Assembly: GCA_965206695.1 (NCBI GenBank)
Contig: CBDBKM010000010.1
Coordinates: 448,001-512,000, forward strand
DNA: 64,000 nt
Source: Chlamydiales bacterium
Lineage (GTDB): Bacteria > Chlamydiota > Chlamydiia > Chlamydiales > JAAZZY01
Direction: 5' to 3'
The notes under the pieces are model-generated. The model was not told the origin of the DNA. It saw only the letters and a program-made list of their open reading frames with translations, and did no database searches. Made by a program: the position numbers and the translations under genes. Each line of letters begins with the position of its first letter. The first letter of the stretch is position 1. Positions 41,607-50,992 of the stretch are shown here, piece after piece.

Positions 41607-42347
41607 CTATAATATATGAGATGCGTTGCAGCTGATATCGAAGTTCGAAGCAACAGCATCGTCATAAAACATTTTAACGGTTTCTAATGAAAACTCTTCT
41701 AGATTCTTTCCTATCAAAGGGACTTTCTTTAATAAGCCATAATCCATAGTAATGATATCGCATCCTATTAAATTAGCTTGAAAAAGGTTCAATAATTCTC
41801 TTGGACTTGCCCATAATAATTTAACCCGAGGCTTTTTCCTGATCATTTTAAGAGCCTGAGCCATTGTCTTTATAGGATCTCTACCCGTATCAGCAATACG
41901 CCCGGCAAAGACAGAAATAATAGCAGATACTTCGTGATCTAATGCATCAAATACGAGCTCTATTTGCTCTAAGGTAAATACCGCCGTTACATTAATAGCA
42001 ACGCCTTTTTTTGATAAACTTTTGACGACATCAACAGTTAGTTTTTTTTGTGTGTTCATTACAGGAATCTTTATGTAAATATTTTTGCCCCATGAATTAA
42101 TTTCAAGAGCCTGCTCCTCCATTTCTTCAAGGCTATCAGCAAAAACTTCAAAAGAAATGGGTTGATTTTTTACCATACTAAGAGCTTGTGTTGCGAATGT
42201 TTGATAATTTATAACACCTGCTTTTCGCATAAGGGTTGGGTTTGTGGTAAAACCTTTAACCCATGGAACAGAGGCTAATTGCTTTATTGTATCAAGGCCG
42301 GCACAGTCTGCAAAAATTTTAGTCTTTAATTTTGAGAGCGTATCCAT
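41607..42347 (-). CDS. Transaldolase (small TalC/FSA type) within sugar cluster
   Basis: GFTTNPTL, SFEV, YIKIP Schiff-base Lys, SVFAGRIAD, LWASPRE. Confidence 0.9.
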   Translation of the reverse strand: MDTLSKLKTKIFADCAGLDTIKQLASVPWVKGFTTNPTLMRKAGVINYQTFATQALSMVKNQPISFEVFADSLEEMEEQALEINSWGKNIYIKIPVMNTQKKLTVDVVKSLSKKGVAINVTAVFTLEQIELVFDALDHEVSAIISVFAGRIADTGRDPIKTMAQALKMIRKKPRVKLLWASPRELLNLFQANLIGCDIITMDYGLLKKVPLIGKNLEEFSLETVKMFYDDAVASNFDISCNASHIL

Positions 42348-42368
42348 AAATTATTTCCTAAATTTTAA

Positions 42369-42887
42369 TTATTTTACTATAATTTTAGCGGCTTCCAGTA
42401 AGCCGGAGCAGGTAAAATGTGATGGCTTTTCAAGCTTTTCTTTATACTGATAATCAATAAATATCGTTTTACAACCCGCAGCCCTACCGGCATTAATATC
42501 GCGCCAACGGTCACCGACCATATAACTCTTAGATAAATTTAGATGATATTGACGAGCAGCTAAATTGAGCATTCCGGGTAAAGGTTTATAATTTTCGCTT
42601 GTTTCATCAATACAGGTAAAAATATCATCCAATGGTAGTGTCTTTTGTAAATATTGGTGCATTTGATCTACAACAGCCATTGTTTGAGTGTTTCTACCTA
42701 CATCCGGTTGATTCGTTACAACAATGAGACAAAAACCTGCTTTTTTTAATAATTCCAGTGCTTTATCTACCCCCGGTAATATTTGCAAATCATCAAAATA
42801 AAGAGGAGGATAAGGTTTTCCGTTCCTTATAAAAGTTTTATTAATGACTCCATCTCTATCCAAAAAAACAGCAGGGTGCATACTCAT
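42369..42887 (-). CDS. GmhB-like HAD sugar-bisphosphate phosphatase
   Basis: FLDRDGVIN, VVTNQ, KPLPGM, MVGDRWRD. Confidence 0.9.
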   Translation of the reverse strand: MSMHPAVFLDRDGVINKTFIRNGKPYPPLYFDDLQILPGVDKALELLKKAGFCLIVVTNQPDVGRNTQTMAVVDQMHQYLQKTLPLDDIFTCIDETSENYKPLPGMLNLAARQYHLNLSKSYMVGDRWRDINAGRAAGCKTIFIDYQYKEKLEKPSHFTCSGLLEAAKIIVK

Positions 42888-43498
42888 ATAGTACTGTCTG
42901 ATAGACTATCTTCCCATTTTGCTGCTTTGTACTTTAATCTTGGATGTGAAACAAGGCAGTGCCAGATAATCGCCTGAAATGATTCAACATGAGGCGTGAT
43001 ATGCTTTGGATCAACAGAGGGTACGAGTAAAACGGCATCGCCAACTTTTGCTGTATACCCCCCCTTATGTCCAACTATTCCTAAAATTTTCATCTCATTT
43101 GCTTTTGCTATGTCTAATGCAAAAACGATGTTTGGACTAATATTTCTAACCTTGTCTCCTCCGCCTACCGACAAAACAAAAACGGCATCTTTGCTATTTA
43201 CTTGACTCGTCATTAACCAAGATGAAAAAGTAGTATGCCAACCTTCGTCATTTGTACGTGCAGTTAATTCGGATATGTTATCTACAGGGGTATAAGCTTC
43301 AATATTACATAACTTTCTAAAATCATTGACAGCATGACTACAATTTGCTGCACTTCCGCCAACACCAAGAAAAAATAAACGACCTTTTCTCTTTCGTAAA
43401 GCGCATAACTCATCTACCATTTTTTCAATAATATCTTGATCTATTTCAGAGACAATTTGAGTAACATTTTGGAAGTAAGATTGAGGGAAATTAGACAT
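42884..43498 (-). CDS. GmhA-like SIS-domain phosphosugar isomerase
   Basis: GVGGSAANCSH, TARTNDEGW, PHVESFQ. Confidence 0.9.
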   Translation of the reverse strand: MSNFPQSYFQNVTQIVSEIDQDIIEKMVDELCALRKRKGRLFFLGVGGSAANCSHAVNDFRKLCNIEAYTPVDNISELTARTNDEGWHTTFSSWLMTSQVNSKDAVFVLSVGGGDKVRNISPNIVFALDIAKANEMKILGIVGHKGGYTAKVGDAVLLVPSVDPKHITPHVESFQAIIWHCLVSHPRLKYKAAKWEDSLSDSTI

Positions 43499-43637
43499 AC
43501 TTTCCTTATTCTAGACTGCTTTTTTAGGTACGAAAGACTATCTTAAAAAAATATAGTAGACAAGATTTATTTTTAGATAAGGAGTAATCGACTCCAAGTC
43601 GATTCGACAAGCAGGTGAGGAGGATGTAATAAGGGGG

Positions 43638-44564
43638 TTAGCTTAGCTTGCTTTGAATATATTTGCGTATAGAGCGAAAGCAGGGCCCGGTAAGTAATTG
43701 GAATATTCTAAAAAAAGCACTTAGTGGCAAGTCATGCCAAAGAAAAGGATTCGTAGCAATACATCTTACTCCATGTCTTAAAGAAAAAAGCGCATCCGTT
43801 TTAAAAAAAGCTTTTCTAATATCTGCATATTTTTTGTGGTTTAACGCCTTTAACATGCTTTTAATGATCTGTGTTTGCTCTTTGATATCCTGAGAACGCT
43901 GAGAATAGGTCCCATCATTTAACCTCATATGGGCAAGGTCTCCGGGTACGTAGGCAATTCCATGCCGCAAACCCAGTATTATTTGTATAAACCAATCCGT
44001 ATGCCATTTCAGTTCAGGGATAAATCCACCGGAATGAATTAATTTTTTTCTGTTGATCAGAGCAGTATGACCGGGTATCCAAAAGCGAGATTTTCTCATT
44101 AACTCTATCAACTTTTCAGATGAGATATAAGACGTACCAATATTTTGGATAAGTGGATGAGAAAAAGTACCGGGTTTATCATCTGTAAAATAAGAGGGGT
44201 CGGAACAAACTAAGGCGATATTCGGATATTCAAGGATAGCTGTATAAAGGCGTTTAATAAAGCCGGATTGAGCCTTGTCATCAGATGCCAAAAACCAAAT
44301 AAAGTCGCCTTTGGCTATATTAAGCCCCTTTAAAACGTTATGGTTAATACCACAATTATGATCATTTTCAATAAGTTGCAAAAAAGGGTAATTTTTTTGA
44401 TAACGTTTGATAATTTCAATACTATTATCAGTAGAACAATCATCCATAACAATGCATTCATCAGGCAAACGTGTTTGAGTGATAATAGATATAAGAGCAC
44501 TTTCAATATAATGACCGTAATTATAATTGAATAAGATAACGGTAACTGTTGGTTGCATCAACAT
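43638..44564 (-). CDS. Glycosyltransferase family 2
   Basis: NYNYG, MDDCSTDNS, FLASDD. Confidence 0.9.
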   Translation of the reverse strand: MLMQPTVTVILFNYNYGHYIESALISIITQTRLPDECIVMDDCSTDNSIEIIKRYQKNYPFLQLIENDHNCGINHNVLKGLNIAKGDFIWFLASDDKAQSGFIKRLYTAILEYPNIALVCSDPSYFTDDKPGTFSHPLIQNIGTSYISSEKLIELMRKSRFWIPGHTALINRKKLIHSGGFIPELKWHTDWFIQIILGLRHGIAYVPGDLAHMRLNDGTYSQRSQDIKEQTQIIKSMLKALNHKKYADIRKAFFKTDALFSLRHGVRCIATNPFLWHDLPLSAFFRIFQLLTGPCFRSIRKYIQSKLS

Positions 44565-44699
44565 TTTCCTGTTTCAGATAAGGTGTTTTTTAGCTGCGGT
44601 CTCGTTCTTGAAATTTAGTGAATTTGTGTGTTAAGCCGGTCTCTTAAAGTTGGGATCTTGTTTTTAAAAAACCCTTTTACCTCTCATTTAAACTCAGTA

Positions 44700-44777
44700 A
44701 CTCACCTTATGCATACCTTCTACTAAGCAGGCTACAGAATCAAATGCTCTTTACAAGAGTGTGTGCATAAGGTGAGT
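44700..44777. mobile_element. 78-bp miniature inverted-repeat element
   Basis: 17-bp TIR ACTCACCTTATGCA(T/C)AC with flanking direct repeat CAGTA (44695-44699, 44778-44782). Confidence 0.7.
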
Positions 44778-44833
44778 CAGTAAATGTATCGTAAAATTTA
44801 TTATAAGTAACTATTGATTTGATAGATTCATTG

Positions 44834-44868
44834 AATACACCGAACAAATGCTTGTTTTTCGGTGTATT
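44834..44868 (-). terminator. Hairpin downstream of aclA, possible terminator
   Basis: AATACACCGAA ... TTCGGTGTATT perfect 11-bp stem about 50 bp after the stop. Confidence 0.5.
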
Positions 44869-44915
44869 AAAACTTCATATCTTGAATATCGGATGATTAG
44901 AGTGAATGAAGAAAG

Positions 44916-46787
44916 CTATTTCACAGCTATCTTCTCTTGAGTCTCTATAAGCTCTGCTTTCTTGATATCATATAGAATATCATCTGTTTGATGGCGATAA
45001 AGCGGCATATTTAAACGCTTCTCATCTAAAATATGCCCAATGAATCCAATTGTTCTTCCTATGATAAAAAAGGCATTAAGGACGCCCATATCAATAAAGT
45101 CATCAATCTCTTTTTCGTTATGCATCAAATTTCGCCACATATCGATCATTAGAACCCCAATGACACCATCAATATTCAGAATTAAATTATCCTTTTTAGC
45201 TGTTGTGACTTGTTCAACTCGAAGAGCGTAATCAAGCAAAAGAGTTTCAGGGAAATAATCTTCGGCATATTTTATTAAACAACAGACTCTAAGGTCAGGA
45301 TTTCTAATGGACTTAATGCGATGTCCTATTCCGGGAATAGGAGTACCTTGTTTTTTCATATAAGCTACGAAATCTTTCGGATCCATTTTTTGATCCAAAG
45401 CCATTTTAAAATATTTAGCTGCTCCATCAATAGCACCCCCAAACTTGGGACCTATTGTCACTAAACCACTGATAAGTGAAGAAATAAGATCTTTTCCGGC
45501 TCTTGCCGTTACCCTGGCATTATGAGCGCCACTGACTGCAGGACCATGATCAGCTACCGTTTTGATAACGGTTTCAATAAAATCTATAGCCCATTTAGGG
45601 TAGCGTTTTTGAAACCATAATAAAGAGAGGATATCGCCTATAGAGAATCCGGTATCCGGAGTTGCTATAGAACTGATAGGGTAGCCTGCATAATTAGCTT
45701 CTTCACCTCTATCATCAGAAATAGTACAAATGAAGTTGGTTGGCTTACGAATCTTACCCATTTTTTTAGCAAGAGTATAGTCTTCAGGAATCTCCGGAAT
45801 AGTATCATCTTCTTTAAGTTCTATAATACCTTCAGCAAGCAGTTTCCTATACATCGCTCCAATTACCAAAGGTAAAAAGTTAAAGTTCTTTGGTACATGT
45901 ACACCGGCCTTTTTTAAAGCTTGATTTTTACTTTCAGCCGTCTCTTTTGCTTTTTGAGCCGTCGCTCCTGCATGACCAAACTGAATTGCATTAGAAAAAT
46001 GCTTGGCTACAGTGCCTATACACCAGCCAATTATTGGTTTTGTAAGACGAGCATCTTTAATGGCTTCAATGATTTCATATTCAGCAGTTCCACCGACTTC
46101 TCCTAAAACAACGAGAAATTTTATTTGAGGGTTATTCTCCATACGAATTAAATGATCTAAATAGGATGTAGCAGGAAAACGATCACCACCAATAGCGATA
46201 CCTTCAGCAATACCATTCGTTTCCATCGAAATAATATTTGCAAGTTCATTAAAAAGACCACCCGATTTAGTTACAACGCCAATGGAACCCGGGCGGTGCA
46301 ATTTATTCTTTACAATATTAGATATCGTTCCACCAATATTGCCTGTTTTAAAGCAACCGGGAGTAATAGCTCCAACTGTAGCAGGGCCTATTACCATTCT
46401 TTTTAATTTTTGAGCTTCACAAGCTATAATTCTGGCATATCTCTCGGGGATGCCTTCTGCAGTCAGCATAACGGTTTTAATATTTTCACATGCCAATGCT
46501 TCCATCGTAACTTCATAAGCCGTTCTAAAAGAAGCAAAGTTTAGCAATGTATTTACGTTTGGATGCTTTACAGCGGCCTCCGTTAAGGTGGCGTAGATCG
46601 GAATTAAGATTTCATGAGCTCCCATAAAAAATTTCTGAAAAGAACCTCCGCCCATAGGTTGTACAATAGCAGATACTGAGGTTTTTTGTCGACCGCAAAG
46701 ATAATCATAATCGAGCATTCTTTGAATAGCTTTCGGGTTATTATTCCAAAAAATTGATTGAGTATTTTGATTAAATAGTTGTGTCAT
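44916..46787 (-). CDS. aclA: ATP-citrate lyase large (alpha) subunit
   Basis: QRMLDYDYLC, NFASFR, IGPATVG, QFGHAGA (phospho-His), ADHGPAVSGAHN, GIGHRIKS, LNIDG. Confidence 0.93.
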   Translation of the reverse strand: MTQLFNQNTQSIFWNNNPKAIQRMLDYDYLCGRQKTSVSAIVQPMGGGSFQKFFMGAHEILIPIYATLTEAAVKHPNVNTLLNFASFRTAYEVTMEALACENIKTVMLTAEGIPERYARIIACEAQKLKRMVIGPATVGAITPGCFKTGNIGGTISNIVKNKLHRPGSIGVVTKSGGLFNELANIISMETNGIAEGIAIGGDRFPATSYLDHLIRMENNPQIKFLVVLGEVGGTAEYEIIEAIKDARLTKPIIGWCIGTVAKHFSNAIQFGHAGATAQKAKETAESKNQALKKAGVHVPKNFNFLPLVIGAMYRKLLAEGIIELKEDDTIPEIPEDYTLAKKMGKIRKPTNFICTISDDRGEEANYAGYPISSIATPDTGFSIGDILSLLWFQKRYPKWAIDFIETVIKTVADHGPAVSGAHNARVTARAGKDLISSLISGLVTIGPKFGGAIDGAAKYFKMALDQKMDPKDFVAYMKKQGTPIPGIGHRIKSIRNPDLRVCCLIKYAEDYFPETLLLDYALRVEQVTTAKKDNLILNIDGVIGVLMIDMWRNLMHNEKEIDDFIDMGVLNAFFIIGRTIGFIGHILDEKRLNMPLYRHQTDDILYDIKKAELIETQEKIAVK

Positions 46788-46801
46788 AATTTCTCCTGAA
46801 A

Positions 46802-48106
46802 TCAGTTCTGTTCTGCCAATGCGAGTCTAACAATATCTGTAAGATGGGTTTCCGGTCCATATACCTTTATAGGCAATAAAAGTTTTTCTGCCGCTGTTTG
46901 TATATTTCTTAATCCAATCTCATAGTTGGGGCCGCCACGGCGGACATAAATTTTTACGCCTACTTTTTGTATTTCGGAATGTAATTCAGTAAAGGCTTTG
47001 ATTATTCCATCGAATGTTTTGGCAACATCTGTGAAATTAGCAATGGAACCACCTATAATCAGTATTTTGTCTCTTCTTTTGCGATCTTTTGCTTTTGTCA
47101 TTAGTTGCAGAACATTTTTAGCATAGAAGTAGGTTTCATCTGTTGTTGGATTGCCTGAATATTCTCCATAGTTAGCGAGTTCTGCAGCACCCCAATGATC
47201 AGCTATACTATCTGCGTATACAACCGAAGCTCCGCCACCTGCGACAAGAGTCCAAAGAAGTCCTTTTGGATTTAAAACCGTCAGCTTGAAACTGGCACCT
47301 GATTTTTCATCCATTTCTTGAATTTTATTTTCTTGTGGCAGTTTTGGTGGAGTTCCAAATGAGGGCGGACATTCCAAATTTCCCCAAGTCTCTGTCATTA
47401 AAAACCTGGCTGTATCATCTATTCGAGCAACAATATCTAATAAATGTATTTGATCACCTGCTATAATAAGGGGATTCAGTTCTAAATAAGAGAAATGAAG
47501 ATCTTTAAAAAATTTATAGAAAGCTTGTGTAAATGATATGAATTTTTCTTTATTCTTAATATCAGCGGGAATGCTTTTTGTAATGACATCATTTACTTCT
47601 TTCGGGCTAAGATCAAGAGCTAATTTTAATTGTGTGACCTTGTCCCACTTTTCTTCTACATCCATACCCCCGTGTGCTGAAATATATAATACATCATGAT
47701 CAGCCTCTACCGATAAAGCTAAGTAGTACTCTTGATTAAGTGAGTGTTTGTAAAAGGGTTCAGCAACAAAAGTATCGAGATATCCCTTAGTGCCACAAAT
47801 TAAAACGGTTTCACCTAAACTCTTACTGTCAATCCATTGCGTTGCCATATCCAGCTTTATATCACCAAAAATTTTATCTTTGAGTAAAACCAATTCATTT
47901 CGTCCTCTTTTTCCAAAGAGCATATCCGGCTTAATAACCAAGCTTTCAGAGGCTAGCCAAGGTAATGTCTTAACTTGCTCTTTTAAATCGTTGCCGGAAT
48001 GCACTAAAGTGCTTTTGAAATCATATGTAAAGTCTTTGAAGTAAGTGTTCCAATGTTTTGCGAATAACTGTTTAGCGCAAAACTCTCTAATTCCTCTTTG
48101 AGCCAT
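46802..48106 (-). CDS. aclB: ATP-citrate lyase small (beta) subunit
   Basis: MAQRGIREF, KPDMLFGKRG, VAGGGASVVYAD, ANYGEYSG, ANFTDVAKTF, RRGGPNY. Confidence 0.93.
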   Translation of the reverse strand: MAQRGIREFCAKQLFAKHWNTYFKDFTYDFKSTLVHSGNDLKEQVKTLPWLASESLVIKPDMLFGKRGRNELVLLKDKIFGDIKLDMATQWIDSKSLGETVLICGTKGYLDTFVAEPFYKHSLNQEYYLALSVEADHDVLYISAHGGMDVEEKWDKVTQLKLALDLSPKEVNDVITKSIPADIKNKEKFISFTQAFYKFFKDLHFSYLELNPLIIAGDQIHLLDIVARIDDTARFLMTETWGNLECPPSFGTPPKLPQENKIQEMDEKSGASFKLTVLNPKGLLWTLVAGGGASVVYADSIADHWGAAELANYGEYSGNPTTDETYFYAKNVLQLMTKAKDRKRRDKILIIGGSIANFTDVAKTFDGIIKAFTELHSEIQKVGVKIYVRRGGPNYEIGLRNIQTAAEKLLLPIKVYGPETHLTDIVRLALAEQN

Positions 48107-48318
48107 TATGATACCTAAATTTTACCGTTTTTAAAAGTAGAGACCCGTCATTAATAACTCAATTAAGGTTTTTAATAAAGGAATTTTGAAGAATGTTGAT
48201 AGGAGCTTGCTTAGATAATCATTATCTATTCAAGACTTGCATTTTGCTTAATAGATTTATGGTACTCTTTTATTCTCCACCTTTTTTTATGGATCTCATA
48301 GAGTGAGTCAGTATCAAA

Positions 48319-49545
48319 CAGGAGTTTTACGCTACAGAAATACGTTATTAAAATAATTGTTTAAATAACTTATTCAATCAGGGTATTATTTTTCTCTTTT
48401 GTTGGGGAAAAATGCCGTTACATACATGCACAAAGGAATGATATAGCACCTTCATTCAAGCAAGCAGTATGAAATATTCCGGGCTTGCGATGTCAGAAGT
48501 TTGCCCTATAGTATTTTAATTTTTATTTGATAATATGTTATCCTTCTTTTTTTATACAACCAGTAAGGACAAAACAATGCCTAGAGCCTATTCAGTAGAT
48601 CTTCGAGAGAAAGTATGACAACATATAGAAAAACATCATGATAAAAAAACAGCCGGCCATATTTTTCAAGTAGGTATCGCAACAATATATCGATGGATCT
48701 TGCAAAAAAAGCAAAAAGGACATTTAAAGCCAATCCGCAGAAAATATGCTTATAAGAAATTAGATGATGAGTTGTTATCTAAATATGTAGAAAAACATCC
48801 GGATTATTTTTTATCGGAAATTGCTGATTATTTTTCAGTCACTCCGCAAACGATTTTTTATGCCCTTAAAAGATTAAAAATTACACGAAAAAAAAAACTA
48901 CTCGCTATAAGGAAAGAGATGAAAAGAAACGGGAAGCTTTTATGAAAGATTTAAAAAATATTCCCTTTGACAAGAGAATTTATCTCGATGAAACCGGGAT
49001 TCATCAATTTTTATTTCGTGAGTCCGGAAGAAGCTTACGCGGCAAAAGAGTTTTTGGAGCGGTTTCAGGAAACCGCTTTATAAGGCAAAATATTATTTCA
49101 GCCCTATCTAAAGGGCAGTTTTTATCTCCAATGTGTTTTGAAGGTACTTGTAATACCGGGTTATTCAATATTTGGCTTAAGGAAGTTTTGACTCCTCAGC
49201 TTACACCCGGTAGTGTTCTTATTCTTGACAATGCCGGTTTTCACAAGTCAGCGGAAAGCAGGAAAACAGTAGAATCTGCCGGTTGTAAGCTTATGTTTCT
49301 TCCTCCATATTCTCCGGACTTAAATCCTATAGAAAAATATTGGGCTAATATGAAAAATAAAGTTAGAGAGATATTACGAAAAGTTACGAATTTTAAATTC
49401 GCCATTGATCAAGCAATATTATCAATGTAAAATTAAATGACTATATGATAAGGATAGTGACGGCAAAACAAAGAATGCTCATTGTTTAGAAATGCTTAAA
49501 CTGACTCACAATCGAGGCTTTAATCCCCAAGTAGTCGTCATGAAC
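48319..49545 (+). mobile_element. IS701-family remnant interrupted by IS630 copy 6, with an adjacent deletion
   Basis: Left flank MKYSGLAMSEVC, right flank YDKDSDGKTKNAHCLEMLK. Confidence 0.75.
48509..49443 (+). mobile_element. IS630-family element copy 6 (orfA nonsense)
   Basis: Same ends and ORFs; TA flanks. Confidence 0.96.
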
Positions 49546-49607
49546 GTGCTCTTGTTACATAAAAACATTGTTATTTAAGAGATAAGCGCTTATACGTTTC
49601 CCCCAAG

Positions 49608-49694
49608 TTACCGGGGGTGCTCTTCTAAGCTGAAAGGATAAATATATCCAACCCTTAAATACCTGATCTAGATAATACTAGCGTAGGAAGTGTG
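49608..49694 (+). ncRNA. TPP riboswitch (THI box)
   Basis: GGGGTGC...GCTGAAA...ACCCTT...ACCTGATCTAGATAATACTAGCGTAGGAAG; P5 CTAG/CTAG pairing retained. Confidence 0.88.
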
Positions 49695-49695
49695 G

Positions 49696-50976
49696 ATGTT
49701 TACTCACCAATCAAATAAAGGCTCTCTTGCCCTTCTTTTTTTTGGTAATGCTTTTGAGCATTATGATCAAATTTTGTTTTATTTATTAATTCCATTTATT
49801 GCTCCATTATTTTATGGGAATGTATCCTATATCTATTCTCTGGCTATTGCGAGCATTCCTTTCGGATTATTAATTAAACCATTAGGTGTGCTGTGTTTTA
49901 GCTCTCTTGCCCGGAACAAAGGGATACAATACCTTCTGGTTCTATCCCTTTTCGGAATGGGAACGGTAACATTGGCTATCGCGCTGTTACCCGGCTATCA
50001 ATTGATCGGTATTTCAGCTCCTATTATTTTATCTTTGTTAAGAGGATTAATCTGTTTTTTTTCTACAGCGGAGTCAACGGCAGCACCGTTGTATCTTTTT
50101 GCTATAACAGAACCGCGTCGCCATCCTTTAATGAGTAGTTTTTATGAAGTTTCTACTATGGTAGGCGTTTTTATAGCTTCTTTGCTCATCTCCATTCTGG
50201 CTTGGAATGGATGTATAGAGAAATATTGGAGATATGTCTATTTCTTCGGAGCTTTAACAGGTTTTATTGGGGTGTTGTTCAGATTAATAACGAAAGAAGT
50301 TACGCTTACAGTAAAACCGATGAAGTTTAAGTTCTCGAAAATACGAAAACAATTACCCTCTGTATTAGTGATCGCTTTTGTAACGGGTTTTTGTTGCATA
50401 AACTATAAGGTATCGATGGTTATTTTAAATGGCTATTTGCCATTAATAATCAATGTGACAAAAGAGCAAATGATATTTTTGCATACCTTCTTAACGCTTT
50501 TTGATATGCTTTTTTTACCCTTTTTTGGATGGATAGCTTGTAAAGTTGATAAAGGGTTATTAATGAAATTGTGTCTGGTATGTATTTTAATTTTGGTATT
50601 ACCGCTTTATCAAAATATGCTACTCTATCCTTGTCTCAAAACAATTTTTGTTTTAAGGTTCGTGCTTATCTTTTTTGGTGTCGGTTTTGCAGCTCCTTAT
50701 CAAAGTTACATTCGAGATATCGCGTCATCAAATAATCGGTTTTTTACTATATCTTTTGGAAAAACCATGGGTAAATTATTCATCTCCGGTCCGTTGATGT
50801 CTCTCTCTTATTTTGTACTGGGCTTGACAGGATCAGAAAATTTTCCGGCGATATACATCTTTGTCTCCGCCTTTATATGTTTTATGGTGATGGTTTTATA
50901 TGACTTAATAGAGAAATACCGGGAAAAGGCAATCAATACCCTGAATCCACCCAAAGAAGGTCTTTTAAGTCATTAA
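49696..50976 (+). CDS. MFS transporter (MHS/ProP-like), probable thiamine/TPP or precursor importer
   Basis: GNAFEHYD, IKPLG, LLPGYQLIGISAPIILSLLR; about 12 hydrophobic segments; directly follows the TPP riboswitch; AGGAAG precedes ATG 49696. Confidence 0.85.
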   Translation: MFTHQSNKGSLALLFFGNAFEHYDQILFYLLIPFIAPLFYGNVSYIYSLAIASIPFGLLIKPLGVLCFSSLARNKGIQYLLVLSLFGMGTVTLAIALLPGYQLIGISAPIILSLLRGLICFFSTAESTAAPLYLFAITEPRRHPLMSSFYEVSTMVGVFIASLLISILAWNGCIEKYWRYVYFFGALTGFIGVLFRLITKEVTLTVKPMKFKFSKIRKQLPSVLVIAFVTGFCCINYKVSMVILNGYLPLIINVTKEQMIFLHTFLTLFDMLFLPFFGWIACKVDKGLLMKLCLVCILILVLPLYQNMLLYPCLKTIFVLRFVLIFFGVGFAAPYQSYIRDIASSNNRFFTISFGKTMGKLFISGPLMSLSYFVLGLTGSENFPAIYIFVSAFICFMVMVLYDLIEKYREKAINTLNPPKEGLLSH

Positions 50977-50992
50977 AAATATATATAGCGGT

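Noticed and set aside
41600..41665. 59-bp overlap between the transaldolase and the downstream epimerase
   Set aside because: It disappears if the epimerase starts at ATG 41599 (MIKNVLITGGAG), which fits the family N-terminus.
44916..48106. Autotrophic reductive TCA cycle, or succinyl-CoA synthetase
   Set aside because: No other reductive TCA genes in the window and the host lineage is intracellular. The citrate-synthase-like C-terminus and ANYGEYSG motif indicate ACL rather than SucCD.
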